Below the pieces are notes generated by a model, which saw only the letters and a list, made by a program, of their open reading frames with translations, did not search any database and was not told where the DNA came from. A DNA stretch of 62,926 bases, filler included, from Platydemus manokwari (Eukaryota): NCBI GenBank assembly GCA_037951405.1. It is 6 parts of 6 records of this genome, joined end to end, with 100 filler letters (N's around TTAATTAATTAA, not from the genome) between each part and the next. Parts side by side here need not be neighbours in the genome. Positions count along the whole stretch, not along the records: positions 1 to 10,418 come from JBBMOY011135217.1; positions 10,519 to 22,404 come from JBBMOY010414444.1; 4 more parts are not named here. One strand, 5' to 3'. Position 1 is the stretch's first letter. Every line of letters begins with the position of its first letter. Shown here one piece after another: positions 1 to 12,446 of this stretch. A program made the translations under genes and the position numbers.

Positions 1-2189
1 ATAATTTTCATAAGATCTTCAATTTAATATTTAAAAATGAAAAGCCAATTTAAAAAAGGCCATTATTTTTGCACCAAGCAAATATTATATCTCAACCACG
101 AATAACTGTTTAAAAATCTTTTAATATTATATTCTTCACTAAAGTTTTCAATGAGATTCTATTTCTATATCATCTATTTGATTTGTTTTATTGTATGACC
201 ACTTTAGGAACAAAGTGATTTTAATTAATAAATTGCTATAATAATTCGATTCTACAATAACAATGAAGCCATTCAAACAATGAATAATAGAAAATCATAG
301 ATTTGTATTATGTAGTCTTCAGGGAAAAGCATTTTCTTTTATGAAAATCAGTGTGCTCGTCCGGATATTGTATTTCTAATGTACTGCATTCAATTAATGC
401 AAATTAACGGAAACTGAATGATATAGACATAGAATAAAATAATGAGTACGATAAACCAACAGAGAAAAATGAAATAAAAATAACTGATTTTTCAAACAAT
501 AACTGATAAATATGAAACAGGTTGTGATTATATTGATTATTTTATTTTGAGCTGAATATTAAATTACCGAAATGATGTATTGTGTATTGATTTTGATTTG
601 TTATAACTTTCTAAAAATTTATAACATCAAAGATTTTGATTGGCAATCTTCCTTCTATTTTCGAAATCGTTTGAAGATTATTTTATATGTTTTAATTTCT
701 AATAATCGCTGAATCAGAGGACATTGATTTAAAAACCACTGATTAGCTATTATTTTATCTACGGTTGCCTATTTTTATTTACAAATTTTATGGTTTTCCT
801 TGGATAAATTTATTCAAAATAAAACAATATGAATAAATTTAATCACATAGATTATAAACATTATAATGTTATTGTTAATATGTTATTATTATTTCTCAAA
901 AAAAATTGTAATGGAATATAAAATAATTATCAAATTATTGACCAAATGATTTTATTTTAAAACGTTATAAAAAATTACTGAATCTTCCATAAGATAGGTT
1001 TTGAAATGATGGATAATGAAATACCTAATAAAAATTTAGCACCTCTTCAAAACTCGTCCCCTATTTTCTTCAAAAAGAATTTGTTGATAATAAAATTTTT
1101 TTGAAATGTATACATTAAAATTTTTAAACATTATTTAAATATATTTTTATAGATATAATTTGGACAGAGTTAATTTTGTGATCAATAATCCTGATGTGAT
1201 TATAATGAATTTGATTGAGATTGATTAATTCTTTTATAATTATTATAAGTGTTGTTCAATTTTCTGTCCTCTTATTAGTCCCAACCGTCATAGTTGTGGG
1301 TTTATAAATTTGTGATAAAATATTAATTTCATCTGACAATAAATAATTCTTCCGTTCATTCAATAAAAATAAACAATGAAGAATAATATTAAATTTAACC
1401 GAAGTTATGCCAAATGAATTTGGAATGAAAATTATCTATGCACCATCACTAGTACAGGCGATTAAACTATAGCTCTCGTTGCAAAAACCTGCGAACATTT
1501 TTTATTGCCTTTTCAAACTTCAAATCATATTCTAAATAGATTATTATTATTTATAATTTTATTATTGATCTAATTATTATAATTAAACATTATAATTTTA
1601 GTTAAATCTATATTTCCATAAATACACAAATAAAATTTTACCTTATTCTATGTTTGCTTTCTGAATCATCAAAAATATATTAATATCAAATATAATTAAT
1701 ATAAATGGGAAAATAGGAGAAAAACTAATGTTGGGTTAGAGCAATGTCCTTGTTGAAATGTATGGGTGATGATGAAAATCGGTGCATTCAGATAACAAAG
1801 CTCGCTCTGTTGTCAAATACTGCAATTGGTGATTTCGACGCACCACTGTAAAGTGTGTTAATTCAAAAAATATTAATTTTTGCCTTTTTGGATTTTTCGG
1901 TTTCTATTTTGTACCATAATTGTCCATGAGCTCAATTAATAATTTGCTAATTTATGTTGTTTAACTTTCTCATCATGTCGATTATTGATGATAAATTATT
2001 TTTAAAAAGTTTATTTTAATTACTACTTGTACTTTTTAATTATAAAAATTTTATAATAATATTTAATTTTATATATTTTAGAATATGAAATCTCGTGTGC
2101 AGATCATTAATAGAAGTATAGGTTCACTCAAAATTAAAAATGTCCAACTATCGATTCAACGTTTTATTTTTGTCATTTTCAGATTTCTT

Positions 2190-3800
2190 GAAATTTGAGA
2201 ATCGGACTGTAATGCCTATGGTACTATTTTTTTTATTGAAGAGGTTTGGGATAAATATTGACTTTTTCCAAAAAAACTTTATAACTAACAATCATCAAGA
2301 ATATATACGTAGATATGACCAAATATTATAAGTATACTGACACTGCTATGACAGAAATTCCGCTAAAGCGGGGGGGGGTAAAGTAGGGTAGTCTCTTATC
2401 CTTGATACTCTTCGGAACTGTCAAAAAATCACTGATAATCACTTTAAATCCAGCTACTGTTATACATTATATGTTCCGTACTTGCATACGCTGATGATAA
2501 AACACTTTGATGGGTAAATCTGCGGACGATTTGCAGACTATATTGGTTACGGTCATCAAACTCGCACTACAGTACAATTTTGTGTTCCAACCACAAAAAT
2601 ATGTTTATATTTCCCTCCATTTTTAGCAATGACAGTTTTCAGTAAGTAAAGACAAGCCTATAGATAATTCACAAATTTTGTCCTGGAGAGATTTACCAAT
2701 ATCTGAGTGTCACCTTGTGTACAAAAATGACCAAACTCCGCATTCGAGTGTGGTGGACTCTGATCTGAATTGTCATAAGAAGATAGAAGTGATTAAATAA
2801 AATCTATTTTCAAATTCAGTCGTTAGTTTCTGAATTGAATAAATCAAAAAATGTTCATAAGGCACCCAAGGACTGTAAGTACCACATATCAGACAATTTG
2901 ACAGCTTATTATACATGATTGATTAGAAAGACTTTATGTCTTCCAACTGATTGTGATAATTGCTATCTCTATATGGCTAGAGTGAGTGGAGGTGCAGAAT
3001 ATCATCTTCAGTAAGTTATTCATGCTTTTAAACTGATCCATGTTCATGATAGTACGCTCCAACATAGAATCAAAACGGAACTGATCAAACCCTCTAGAAC
3101 CAGGATTTCTGACTAAATCGAATAATTAGGCAGAGATTTGAAATGATTAAACGACACTGTTGAACCAGCTCGTTGTAAGAATTCTAAGAAAACCTGGTGA
3201 TTGCAAATTATTAGCTCTGTTAACCACCATACGATTTATCACTTGATGGTATTGGAGTCTGAACTTAACGGCAATAACGTAATATATTGGTATGAATGAT
3301 GTCATTGATCGTACTCATGTATTTAAACGTTAAGCGACACTTATTCTGCACCAAGCTCTTATAGACTCTAATTTACATAAATGACCTGAGAGTAGAAATT
3401 CAAATCTACATGCTTAGGTCATTAGCAAAAATTTGAGAATGACCAAAATAATGTAGAACAGAGTCATCATTCGTTATGCTTGGCGCTTTATATACAGTCC
3501 AAGGATTAACCTAATCACTCTGAAAGCCCGCGTCTTCCATAAAGATTCTCTTAAACGTAGAATTCGTCGTTATTTTGTGAGTGTAGCTTCGATAACACAA
3601 TCGTTGTACCTCTGTGTGTCTTGTTATCCGGGAACTAGCTAGTCAATATCTTAATTCGCAAGATTCCATGGTAAATGTAAACAAAACAGTTTCTTATCAT
3701 CCAGGATGTGATAATGACTTCAGACTTTGTTTGGATATTTACATCGTTTAAATGTTGAGAAACGAAAAGACCTGCAATTATTTGTAACAAATTACAAGCC
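2190..3800 (+). mobile_element. Degraded non-LTR (LINE) retrotransposon, reverse transcriptase remnant, possibly RLE-type
   Basis: Three motifs occur in canonical order: GVK*GSLLSLILF (2375-2413, resembles GVKQGxPLSPxLF), LAYADD (2481-2498, catalytic YADD) and YQYLSV (2694-2711, resembles YKYLG). There are many stops and frameshifts. Boundaries are approximate. Confidence 0.75.
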
Positions 3801-3829
3801 AAACATAGACTAAACTAGTTAAAAATCAT

Positions 3830-5400
3830 CAATTTCAAGGCTTTCTGATATTTTTAAATAAAAAACTTCTAAATTTTACCCAAATCCTTTAAATTTAATT
3901 ATAAATTTAATTTTTCGATAGCCTTTGCAAATTAATGAGTCTTATATATTCAGAGATATTGGTTTTTGCTGGTCAATGATTTGTGTCTTGAAATCATCAT
4001 AATTTAAAATGCGAGTAGGAGATGAAAGAGTTTTTATTTGGATTTTTCGAATAGAAGGGAAGAATGAAATATGAGAATTTAGAAAAATTGTATAAGTCTA
4101 GAAATGTTAAGAAACTGAATTTGTGCAGAAACTTCAAAGTTCGTGGATTGGAATTTAAGATTCTGAAAAAGTTCAAATTATTGTTTTTACCCAAAGGAAT
4201 TCAAAGACAGCTATGGAGATTTGTAGGGTCAATGTAAATCATAGGTTCATCAAAGATAGTAAAGTCGATATATCCAATAGGATAGTTAGTTCATTGCAAA
4301 CCAGATGACATCTTAAGGGAGACACTCAAAGGCTTTTTTGAGATCAATGCAGCAAATGTGGTGACTTTTATTATTTTAAGAAACAAACCCGGAGATATAG
4401 AACAGATAACCTTGTGTTCAGTGCAAAAATCACAAGTGAAAATTGCTATTTGGTTTGAGAAGGAATCAGCAGAACTTATTCATTCAAGAAAACGAAAGCC
4501 AATTATATTGGAAAAAGATCTTTCGATAGTATCCATTAAACAAAAAGGATGTCAGGAGAGAACTAAGTGCATTATAGTTATTGTCTGATTAAAGAAGATT
4601 AGTTGGGCTGATGATTCAATCGTCTATGATGATTTTAGAAGATAAAAACTTTTTAAAGGCTAATAAAAACGACTTATTGAGTATTGATAGTCAGCCAGTC
4701 TTTGTGGGTGCGGCGATAAATTCCTGGTATTAAAGAAGAAAGTTTTTGGGTTTTGGTTTGAAGTTAAAGCAGTCTTTGGGGCTTGTAATGAAGATAGCAA
4801 AAACATGAGACGGAGTAGGGATAATAAATTGGAAGTAGTATGTTCAGTTGGACGTAGAAAATGTATTATAGATGATGGGAGGGATTTGGTAAATTCTTTA
4901 GTACATGGTAAATTCTTGGCGCAGCTTGTAATTAGAAGAAGAGAAGCTAATTAGATAGAAGGCAGAATTTTTTGTCAAATGATTTATGGAGAAAATCTAG
5001 AAGGGCCAGCCAGGTGAAATAAAACGTTGGGCAGAATAAAGTACATCTGTCAGGTTTGTGGAGTCAGATTTTGTCTTTGCCATAAATTAAAGGATCGAGA
5101 ATAGGTGTGAGGAGAAGAGATATTAATAGAAAAGGATTTTTTAAAGATTTCTATATCAAGGATGGATATGTTGATATCATTTCGAAGAGTGATAGATTTT
5201 GGTGACTAAAACATTGGAGATTTTTTAGGGTAGTGAAGGAAGCACTGAATGATCAATAGTCTACATTCAGAGTTTTTGATCTATTTAGAAAAGTCATAAA
5301 TAAGGAATTTTTAAGAGCATATTCCTCTTGGAGAATGAGAAGGTTTTGAAAAAGAAAGTAAAGTTTAGACTAAAAATTCTTTTGGCTTTCAGGAAGACAT
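3830..5400 (-). mobile_element. Degraded LINE-like element (RT N-terminal region), opposite orientation to the preceding one
   Basis: The minus strand reads IDLKKAFE at 4325-4348, matching the LINE RT motif DxxKAFD. The + strand has a strong purine skew over 4000-5400. No intact ORF is present and boundaries are approximate. Confidence 0.5.
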
Positions 5401-5919
5401 AATGTAGCTGAGTCAATACAATATTATTCCAATTTATCTACATAACATATGCAAATGTTCAAGTGCTTTTTGTCCCAATAGATAGGTAAGAAAGAAATGC
5501 ATAAATAATAAAGTTTTAAATAGAAAGAAAATGTTCTATAATCATCTTTTAGAATGGCAACAAAAACTGATCAGCGCAAGATAAATTAAATCCATTAGAA
5601 AAGAAATTAGGTAAATGATTTGTTATATTATTATTAGTATTATTAATAAAAAATTAATTAAAAGATATTGAGAAATAATTATCATGAAGCCTTTCCTCGA
5701 TACCTTAAATTCTTTTTTCATCATCAACCAATTTCCTGACGAGTAACTTTTTGCATCTTATCTTTACAGAATTATTATGTCACTTATTAGAATAGGAAAA
5801 AAAATATAATAAGCAATCATCTTAAAATATATCTTTATGACTTGTTGGGATAAATCGTATCAAAAGTATATTAATGTGTACTTTAAATAAATGAAATTTT
5901 ATTTCTTATTAACATAACG

Positions 5920-6744
5920 TTATGAATTGGTTTTTTCTAAAACACATTCATGATTATCGGATATCGGGATCAATAAATCATGTGAAAGAACCAAGGGATC
6001 CAAATATTTTTCCAATTTCAATAAATGCTTCCTCAACCATATAACGTATGGAATATTATCTGTGATATCGTCTATTATATTTGGCTTACTGATACCATTG
6101 TCTTCATTAAATTGACTATTAGAGATTTCAGTCAGAGCCCAATAAAGATCCAACATTACTCGGCTGTCTGCATCAGTCATTTCAATTTTAAAAGCTTGAA
6201 TATCATTCCAAAGCATGGTGCTTTGTAAATGCTTGAGTGCAACATATAATCTCGTCAAAATTTCTGTATTCTTATTTTTGACTGAATCAAAATTCTCGAT
6301 AACTCTAGTTTGAAATTCGATTATCAAATCTTTGCTTTGGTTCACTGTTTCCACAATTGCTGCTCTTAATGGATCAAATGGTCCGACGAAAAACCTATTT
6401 CCAGATGATACCTGATAAAACCAATAATATTCAGCCTGACAAACCGAACAAGTGAAATGTTTGGAATCAGTAGAATTTTGAGCACAATCTGAACAGAATC
6501 TATGTTCACATGTCGATAAGCCACAGACTTCGAATTCCATTAATGATTTTTTACAATTTTGGCAACTTGAAACTCTTTTCTCCGATTTTATCTGGTCATT
6601 GTTTGCATTTGCGTTTAAGGATACTTTGGAATTGGAGTTGGTTGAAGGTTTATCAATGATTTTGCGTTTTTTTGATTGAGATCCAAATTTTATGGATTCA
6701 TCTCGTCGAAAAACGTTTGAATTGTTAGTTTTTTCAACTGACAT
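5920..6744 (-). CDS. Intronless C3HC4 RING-finger protein (putative E3 ubiquitin ligase), 274 aa
   Basis: A 274-codon uninterrupted ORF in very AT-rich DNA. It contains CQNC-x14-C-E-H-RF-CSDC-x11-CSVC (C3HC4 spacing), a basic N-terminal stretch (SKKRK) and a helical-looking C-terminal part. Confidence 0.8.
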   Translation of the reverse strand: MSVEKTNNSNVFRRDESIKFGSQSKKRKIIDKPSTNSNSKVSLNANANNDQIKSEKRVSSCQNCKKSLMEFEVCGLSTCEHRFCSDCAQNSTDSKHFTCSVCQAEYYWFYQVSSGNRFFVGPFDPLRAAIVETVNQSKDLIIEFQTRVIENFDSVKNKNTEILTRLYVALKHLQSTMLWNDIQAFKIEMTDADSRVMLDLYWALTEISNSQFNEDNGISKPNIIDDITDNIPYVIWLRKHLLKLEKYLDPLVLSHDLLIPISDNHECVLEKTNS

Positions 6745-7981
6745 TCAACTTGACAGATTTTTAAAATGATTTTCTAAATTTAGCGTATTTTAGATCGTAT
6801 AAATCAATAAATTTATTATTAAATTAAATACTCAATAATTAATATTTTCTTTGTTATTACATATATTTCTTTCTGACACTTTAAGTCACTTGGAAGATTT
6901 CATTTAAATTTCTAATGATGCAAAAAGTCAAAAATATCATTAAAAATAAATATAAGCATATTATTAGAAAATTAATAATTACTTTATTAGACAGATTTTC
7001 GATAAAAATATCATGACTAATTGTAATTAGAATTTTTAAAGAATTTTAATCTGCTTATTAAATTATTTAAGTTCGTAGATCAATAAGGTACGAGTTTAAC
7101 ACGATTAAGAAAGATTTTATTTCTGAAAATAATATATATCCTTGCATTGGTAGCAGCTCCAGAACATGTACATGGAACAGTTTAAATACAACTCGGAAAC
7201 ACTGTTTAATTCGAGATAATTAATTAAAAAATGATAATTATACGAGAAATAGATTCTCTTTAATTCTTTCAAGAAGAGAATTCAATTATAGTGGTTTTAG
7301 TATTTGTTTTCATGAGGCATTATCAATACACCATAGTGACACACAAATTTCGTGTTATTATCTCTATTCAGAGAGAAATAATTTTAGATGAATGTGTTGT
7401 TAATTATTTATACTTATGTAATTCCCTTATAATCGAAATAAATACAAAATAATATGCTTGATAATACGTTAATAATAACTAATAATTATTATTATTTATA
7501 ATTGATTGAAAAACTATTGTGCATACTCAACAAAGGTCTCGGCAAAATCAGTTTCCGGGGAATAAACAAATTGCGAAGCAAACATATCTAAATTACGGCA
7601 ATGATTTTTAGTTAATAATATTTATAATTCTTTTAACATATATATAATTGTTTGATTATAATAATAATTAATCATCTGTTAATATTTTCAATTATGATTC
7701 GTTATCATAATACATTAATAAACATGAAAATCAAAAGTCACAATTATAAAATAATCACCCAATAAAAGTATTATTATAAATGAGATCAAAATCTGAAAGA
7801 AAAATACGTAAAATAATACCGTCCAAATAAGAATGGGAATTTCTGATTTTATGGAAAAAAACTTCTATATAAATAATATGGCACTGCAAAGTTTAACAGT
7901 AATATTTATAATCACAGCTACGAGATTTTGTTATATATTTTAAGGTAACACAAAAGTGTAATGAATTTTACATTATGAGAG

Positions 7982-8088
7982 TAACGTGATTAAATAAACA
8001 AACACGTTTTATTTGTTGAAATAAGTGATTGGCGGTTTAGTTTAGTTTTTTAAATAAATATTATGTCTGCAAGTGTCAGTCATTAACA
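7982..8088 (+). repeat. 5' LTR of the gypsy element
   Basis: TAACGTGATTAAATAAACAAACACG...GTCTGCAAGTGTCAGTCATTAACA matches 10138-10239. Confidence 0.85.
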
Positions 8089-10137
8089 GGCGACTACGCT
8101 ATACAGATGAATGCAATCACAAGAAATCAGCTTGCCGAAACAAGTGCAGAAGCTCTAAATTTCAATATTCGAAAAGTCGATGGAATTAATTCAAATGAGG
8201 TCGCAAAGTGGATATGCGATACAGAGGAACGTCTATTAATTAATAGTCTCAGCATGATTTAGTGTATCTGACTAACTCCTTTCAGATGAGGCAAGTCTTC
8301 TATGAAAAATTTTCAAACCGGAAGATGCCATGGAAGAATCACCTAAATTGTGGTCTCAATCAAAAAATCGATAATAGATATGATTGTCGAATTTGCAAAT
8401 CTTCAAAAATTAGAGAGCGAACAGTTTGACGATTTTGTTATAAGGGTTCACAGATTGGTTGAGGCTGTGATGAATTCCCTATTGAAACAATATTCCATAG
8501 TAAAAGATGTAATCAGCAAGAGAACAAAATCGAATAGGTTGAAAGACGCTCTTATCCTAAAGCCAGACATGGATATAATAAAAGTTAAGAGTGCTCCAAA
8601 GGTCTTCGAAAATCGAGAAAAAAGTATAAAAAGATATTCCCAGGCGTTCAATACAATTTGTAGACACAACTATGTTCAAGCGCTAAAACTGGAAGAAGCA
8701 ACCAGTGGAATAACCAGTTCAAAAAAGAAAGCAACAGGTCAAGTAATTATAAACCACCACATACTACCACAACACGAAAGTTTGAGCCAATAGTTTCAAA
8801 ACAGAAGTTCGCTTTAGATAGAGAGAAACCAGTATATTCAATGAAATATATTGATAAGAAACTGTACAATAAGTGTCGAGGCATGCTATACCTAAAGGAA
8901 CAACGCTCGCGCGGACACTACAGAAGCCAGTGTTCATTAAGGCACAAAAGTTTAATAAACGGACAAGAAAGCCATCATTTCAGATCATGCCATATAATTC
9001 GAGGTACCAGACACAGAGTATAAAGCTGAATTTTATGTATTATGAAAAATATCAAATAGCAATTTGATCCAATATTAGAACCAGCATTGCACGAGACAGA
9101 AGACCAAAAAAACCACAGCAACTTCGTCAAATACATTTTGTCAGATAATAAAAAAATTCGAAATGGAACCAGATGCGAAGAGATGTTGAAGAAGGACGAC
9201 GCCAGCGTGTGGAGTAACGTGTTTATCAAGGGAGCTAAAGTAGAGATATTTGTGGGATTTGGGGGCATCTATTACAGTAATGAGCTGGAGCTAGTGGAAG
9301 AAAGTGGGAAGCCCAAAATGACAGTATAGTTTGATTATGCTTAGTGGCGTGCTTTCAACTGGTGCCGAACACCTTCTAAGTTACTCAGACGTATTTGCCG
9401 AGTAAAAAGGAAAAAAGAAACTAAGGGTTGTGATAGCAAAACGAATTTACCCTTATTTCATTGGAGGTGTTGTCATGATGGATGCATTCAAGATTCAGCT
9501 GAAAGAGATAACCACAATCGATTCAACACAATTTAACAAAAAAATATACAGATGAGGAAAGATTTGAACACGCATTTCAAACAATCAATGCTGGAGAAAG
9601 AGAAGGATTTAACTGCTAAAATACCGAAAATTTTTGCCTCCAATTTGTCAAGATAATTCACGAGGAACTCTGCATTTATGCCCAAAGAAAACCTTCGCAT
9701 ATTTGGACGACAGTTTTTATTGGCTCAACATGTTCAACATCAACAAAGAGATACTGAAATAATGTATTACCTGTGCAAATAAAAAGGTTGATCAATCCAG
9801 ATCTAATGTGCTCTCTCGGATAGGTTCTGAGTTTCAAAAGCAAATTGTGGTGTACATATGCCAAATGGACGCAGAGCGTGGTGAAAAGATGTATCTAGAT
9901 AGATTCAGCAAACTGGTGAGCCTCACTGCTACATCTAAGCAAGAGGAAAAGACAATCTTTCAGGTCATTTTGAATTCTTGGATTCTACCTGATTTATGAG
10001 GGAGGCGGGCTCAAAATTAGGAATCAAACAAGAATTCAGCTCATTATACCAGCATCAATCGAACGGAATAGCGGAAGGAGTCATCAGGACATTACGAGAA
10101 ATGATAACAGCTACTTTAAAGGGTAAGAAGAGGCCAA

Positions 10138-10239
10138 TAACGTGGTTAAATAAACAAACACGTATTTGTTTAAATAAGTGATTGGCGGACTAGTTTAATT
10201 TTGTAAATAAATATTGTCTGCAAGAGTCAGTAATGTACA
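10138..10239 (+). repeat. 3' LTR of the gypsy element
   Basis: TAACGTGGTTAAATAAACAAACACG...GTCTGCAAGAGTCAGTAATGTACA matches 7982-8088. Confidence 0.85.
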
Positions 10240-10418
10240 TATGATAATTATTTAGTTTTTTCAAATTATTATATTAATTATTAAATTAATTAATAAATAA
10301 ATAATTGTGATAAATTACAGTTAATGATAGTATTAAACTTATTCGAATATGTATCTCATCGAATATGTCCATAGTGGTAAGTTGAGATAATCTACTATGT
10401 TTCTGTAATAGATGATAG

Positions 10419-10518
10419 NNNNNNNNNNNNNNNNNNNNNNNNNNNNNNNNNNNNNNNNNNNNTTAATTAATTAANNNNNNNNNNNNNNNNNNNNNNNNNN
10501 NNNNNNNNNNNNNNNNNN
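10419..10518. other. Artificial contig linker (44N + TTAATTAATTAA + 44N)
   Basis: An identical 100-nt structure occurs five times in the window. The 12-mer places stop codons in all six frames. Confidence 0.97.
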
Positions 10519-11221
10519 ATATAATTTAAATCTATTTCTTTTCATTTATATTAATAATATTGTTATAATTACCATATTCTATTATTTTTCAACTTACAAT
10601 CTTACTTATTAATTTTACAATAACTTCTATTACAACTTACTGTGAAATATTGTACTAGTCATTTAAAATGTCTTTTTCATTTTCTTTACAATTGCCTTAA
10701 AATTTCTTAAGCAGGTAGTTCTTTTATTTCTAAGTTATCTTGTTAAAAATTAAAAGTTATGTAATTTTTTATTTTATTCGAATTTTGAGTATCGCCTTCG
10801 TAGACGTACATTTTCGATTGTGATTACCAGGAATTTACAATTCAATACGAATTATATTTAAAAATTCAACTTTTGTTAATTGTTAAATAAAAATTGAAAT
10901 ATTTGGTTATTATTGAAATATTTATTTTTTAGTGATTTTTACACGTTGATCATTTTACATAATTGATAAATAATGATTATGTTAAGTATCAAAAAAATTT
11001 CAGAAAATATTTATTTGTATCTACTTTAATGTAAGTTTATTTGAAATTAATCAAATTATAAAGCCTAATTTATAATTTAACAAAGTTAATTTATCAACAG
11101 GGTTTGAGATTATAAGTTTATTCATTTAAAAATATTTATTTTACTTTCGTGTGTCGTTTAAATATTCACCAAAGGGCGCATTTTGATTCAATAATTTCTA
11201 AATTAATTTTTATTTTTCTCT

Positions 11222-12446
11222 ATGAAGACTATTGAAGTAGTTGATCTCATTAATTTTAGCCATGTTGAGAGTGTAGATATAATGAAAGAAAGTTTTAAAA
11301 AGGTTAATCCTAAACATATAATATTTAATTATTTTATCAACGATACTTAAATAGAGAATTCCCATTGTTTTTAGGAACATGAATATTGGAACTTGTACCA
11401 ATAAGTGGAAAACAAATGATTATCTCTACCAGGATAACCCTGAAAAGGTAGTATCAGTACATGTTGCAAAAACTAAAGAAATGGATTTTAAAAATAAAAA
11501 CTTTGAATATAAGTATTTATTCTTATTTCTTATTTCCAATTACTATAAACGGCAGAAATATGAATATGAAAGATTTTGTTCAATTGGCACAACTTGATAG
11601 CGATGTAAGTTTATTGAATTGGGCCCACCCACTATTTATAATCCCAGGAAAAATGGTATTATTTAAGAGCGCTTGGTAACGATATCCGGAAAGAGAAAGC
11701 TCATTTTCACGAACAATATCCAGAATTGGCAAAAGATGTTATTATCCCTCAAGTATTTGCTGATGGAGATTATTTTTCATCCGTTTTCCGCATATCATCG
11801 AAAAATTGTCGTCTGTGGACTCATTATGATGTAGGATTATTTGACATGTTTGATAATCTTTGATCCCATCACATCGTCACAGACTATGGACAACATTCTC
11901 ATTCAGATTCGAGGAGAAAAATCGATCATCTTCTACTCTCCATTTGATGCGGAATATCTGTATTTGGAAGGTATTGGAGTTTCGTCAATCGATTTCAAGA
12001 TTTTATTCGATATCTGTAGATGGCAAATCACCTGTTTTGTGTCCAGAAAATTATGATTGCGATAAATATCCTTTATTGGCCAATGCGACCCCGTTTCTGG
12101 CGCAAATGATTCCAGGCGATATCGTGTTTATTCCTGGTATTGATCGATTATTTTATCGTGCACTGAAACGTTGATTCGCTGCTTTTCAGCTCTGTGGTTT
12201 CACAATGTTCAAGCGCTCGATTTTTCTGTGGCAATAAACGTGTTCTGGTATCATTTGAGGGAGGAATTTTACGATAAGAAGGACGTTTATGGCAATAAAG
12301 ATCCAGTTCCGGTAGCGAGAGCCGGCCAAGGCATTGATAGCGCTCTGAAACTGTTGTCCAACCTCCCGGAAGAATATCGCCATCTTTATGGGCTGAATTT
12401 GATAAAGAAAATTTCATCAAAATTATTGAAAACCAAATCAAATTGA
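11222..12446 (+). CDS. TYW5: tRNA wybutosine-synthesizing protein 5 (JmjC hydroxylase), complete 7-exon gene
   Basis: Exons are 11222-11302, 11355-11512, 11556-11604, 11648-11830, 11883-11970, 12020-12136 and 12190-12446, joined by GT-AG introns of 43-53 nt with consistent phases. The protein has IGTCTNKW, YYLRALG, FSSVFRISS, LWTHYD (HxD), MDNILIQ, PGDIVFIPALWFHNV (distal His), YGNKDP and LPEEYR, all matching metazoan TYW5 as recalled. Confidence 0.95.

Larger units (their letters stand above)
7980..10239 (+). mobile_element. Internally deleted, degraded Ty3/gypsy LTR retrotransposon with ~105-bp LTRs
   Basis: Direct repeats at 7982-8088 and 10138-10239 both end in ...ACA, and a PBS-like GGCGAC follows the 5' LTR. 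Gag-like remnants lie at 8158-8793 (QKLESEQFDDFVIRV). Integrase remnants are LDRFSKLVSL (~9890) and FSSLYQHQSNGIAEGVIRTL (~10035-10095). Confidence 0.85.

Noticed and set aside
1007-2200. Exon-like pieces (e.g. 1740-1847 AMSLLKCMGDDENRC...)
   Set aside because: They are short, neighbouring pieces contain stops, the phases do not join and no family is recognisable.
10463-10474. Recurrent palindrome TTAATTAATTAA (5 copies)
   Set aside because: It is always centred in 44N flanks, so it is an assembly linker and not a biological site.
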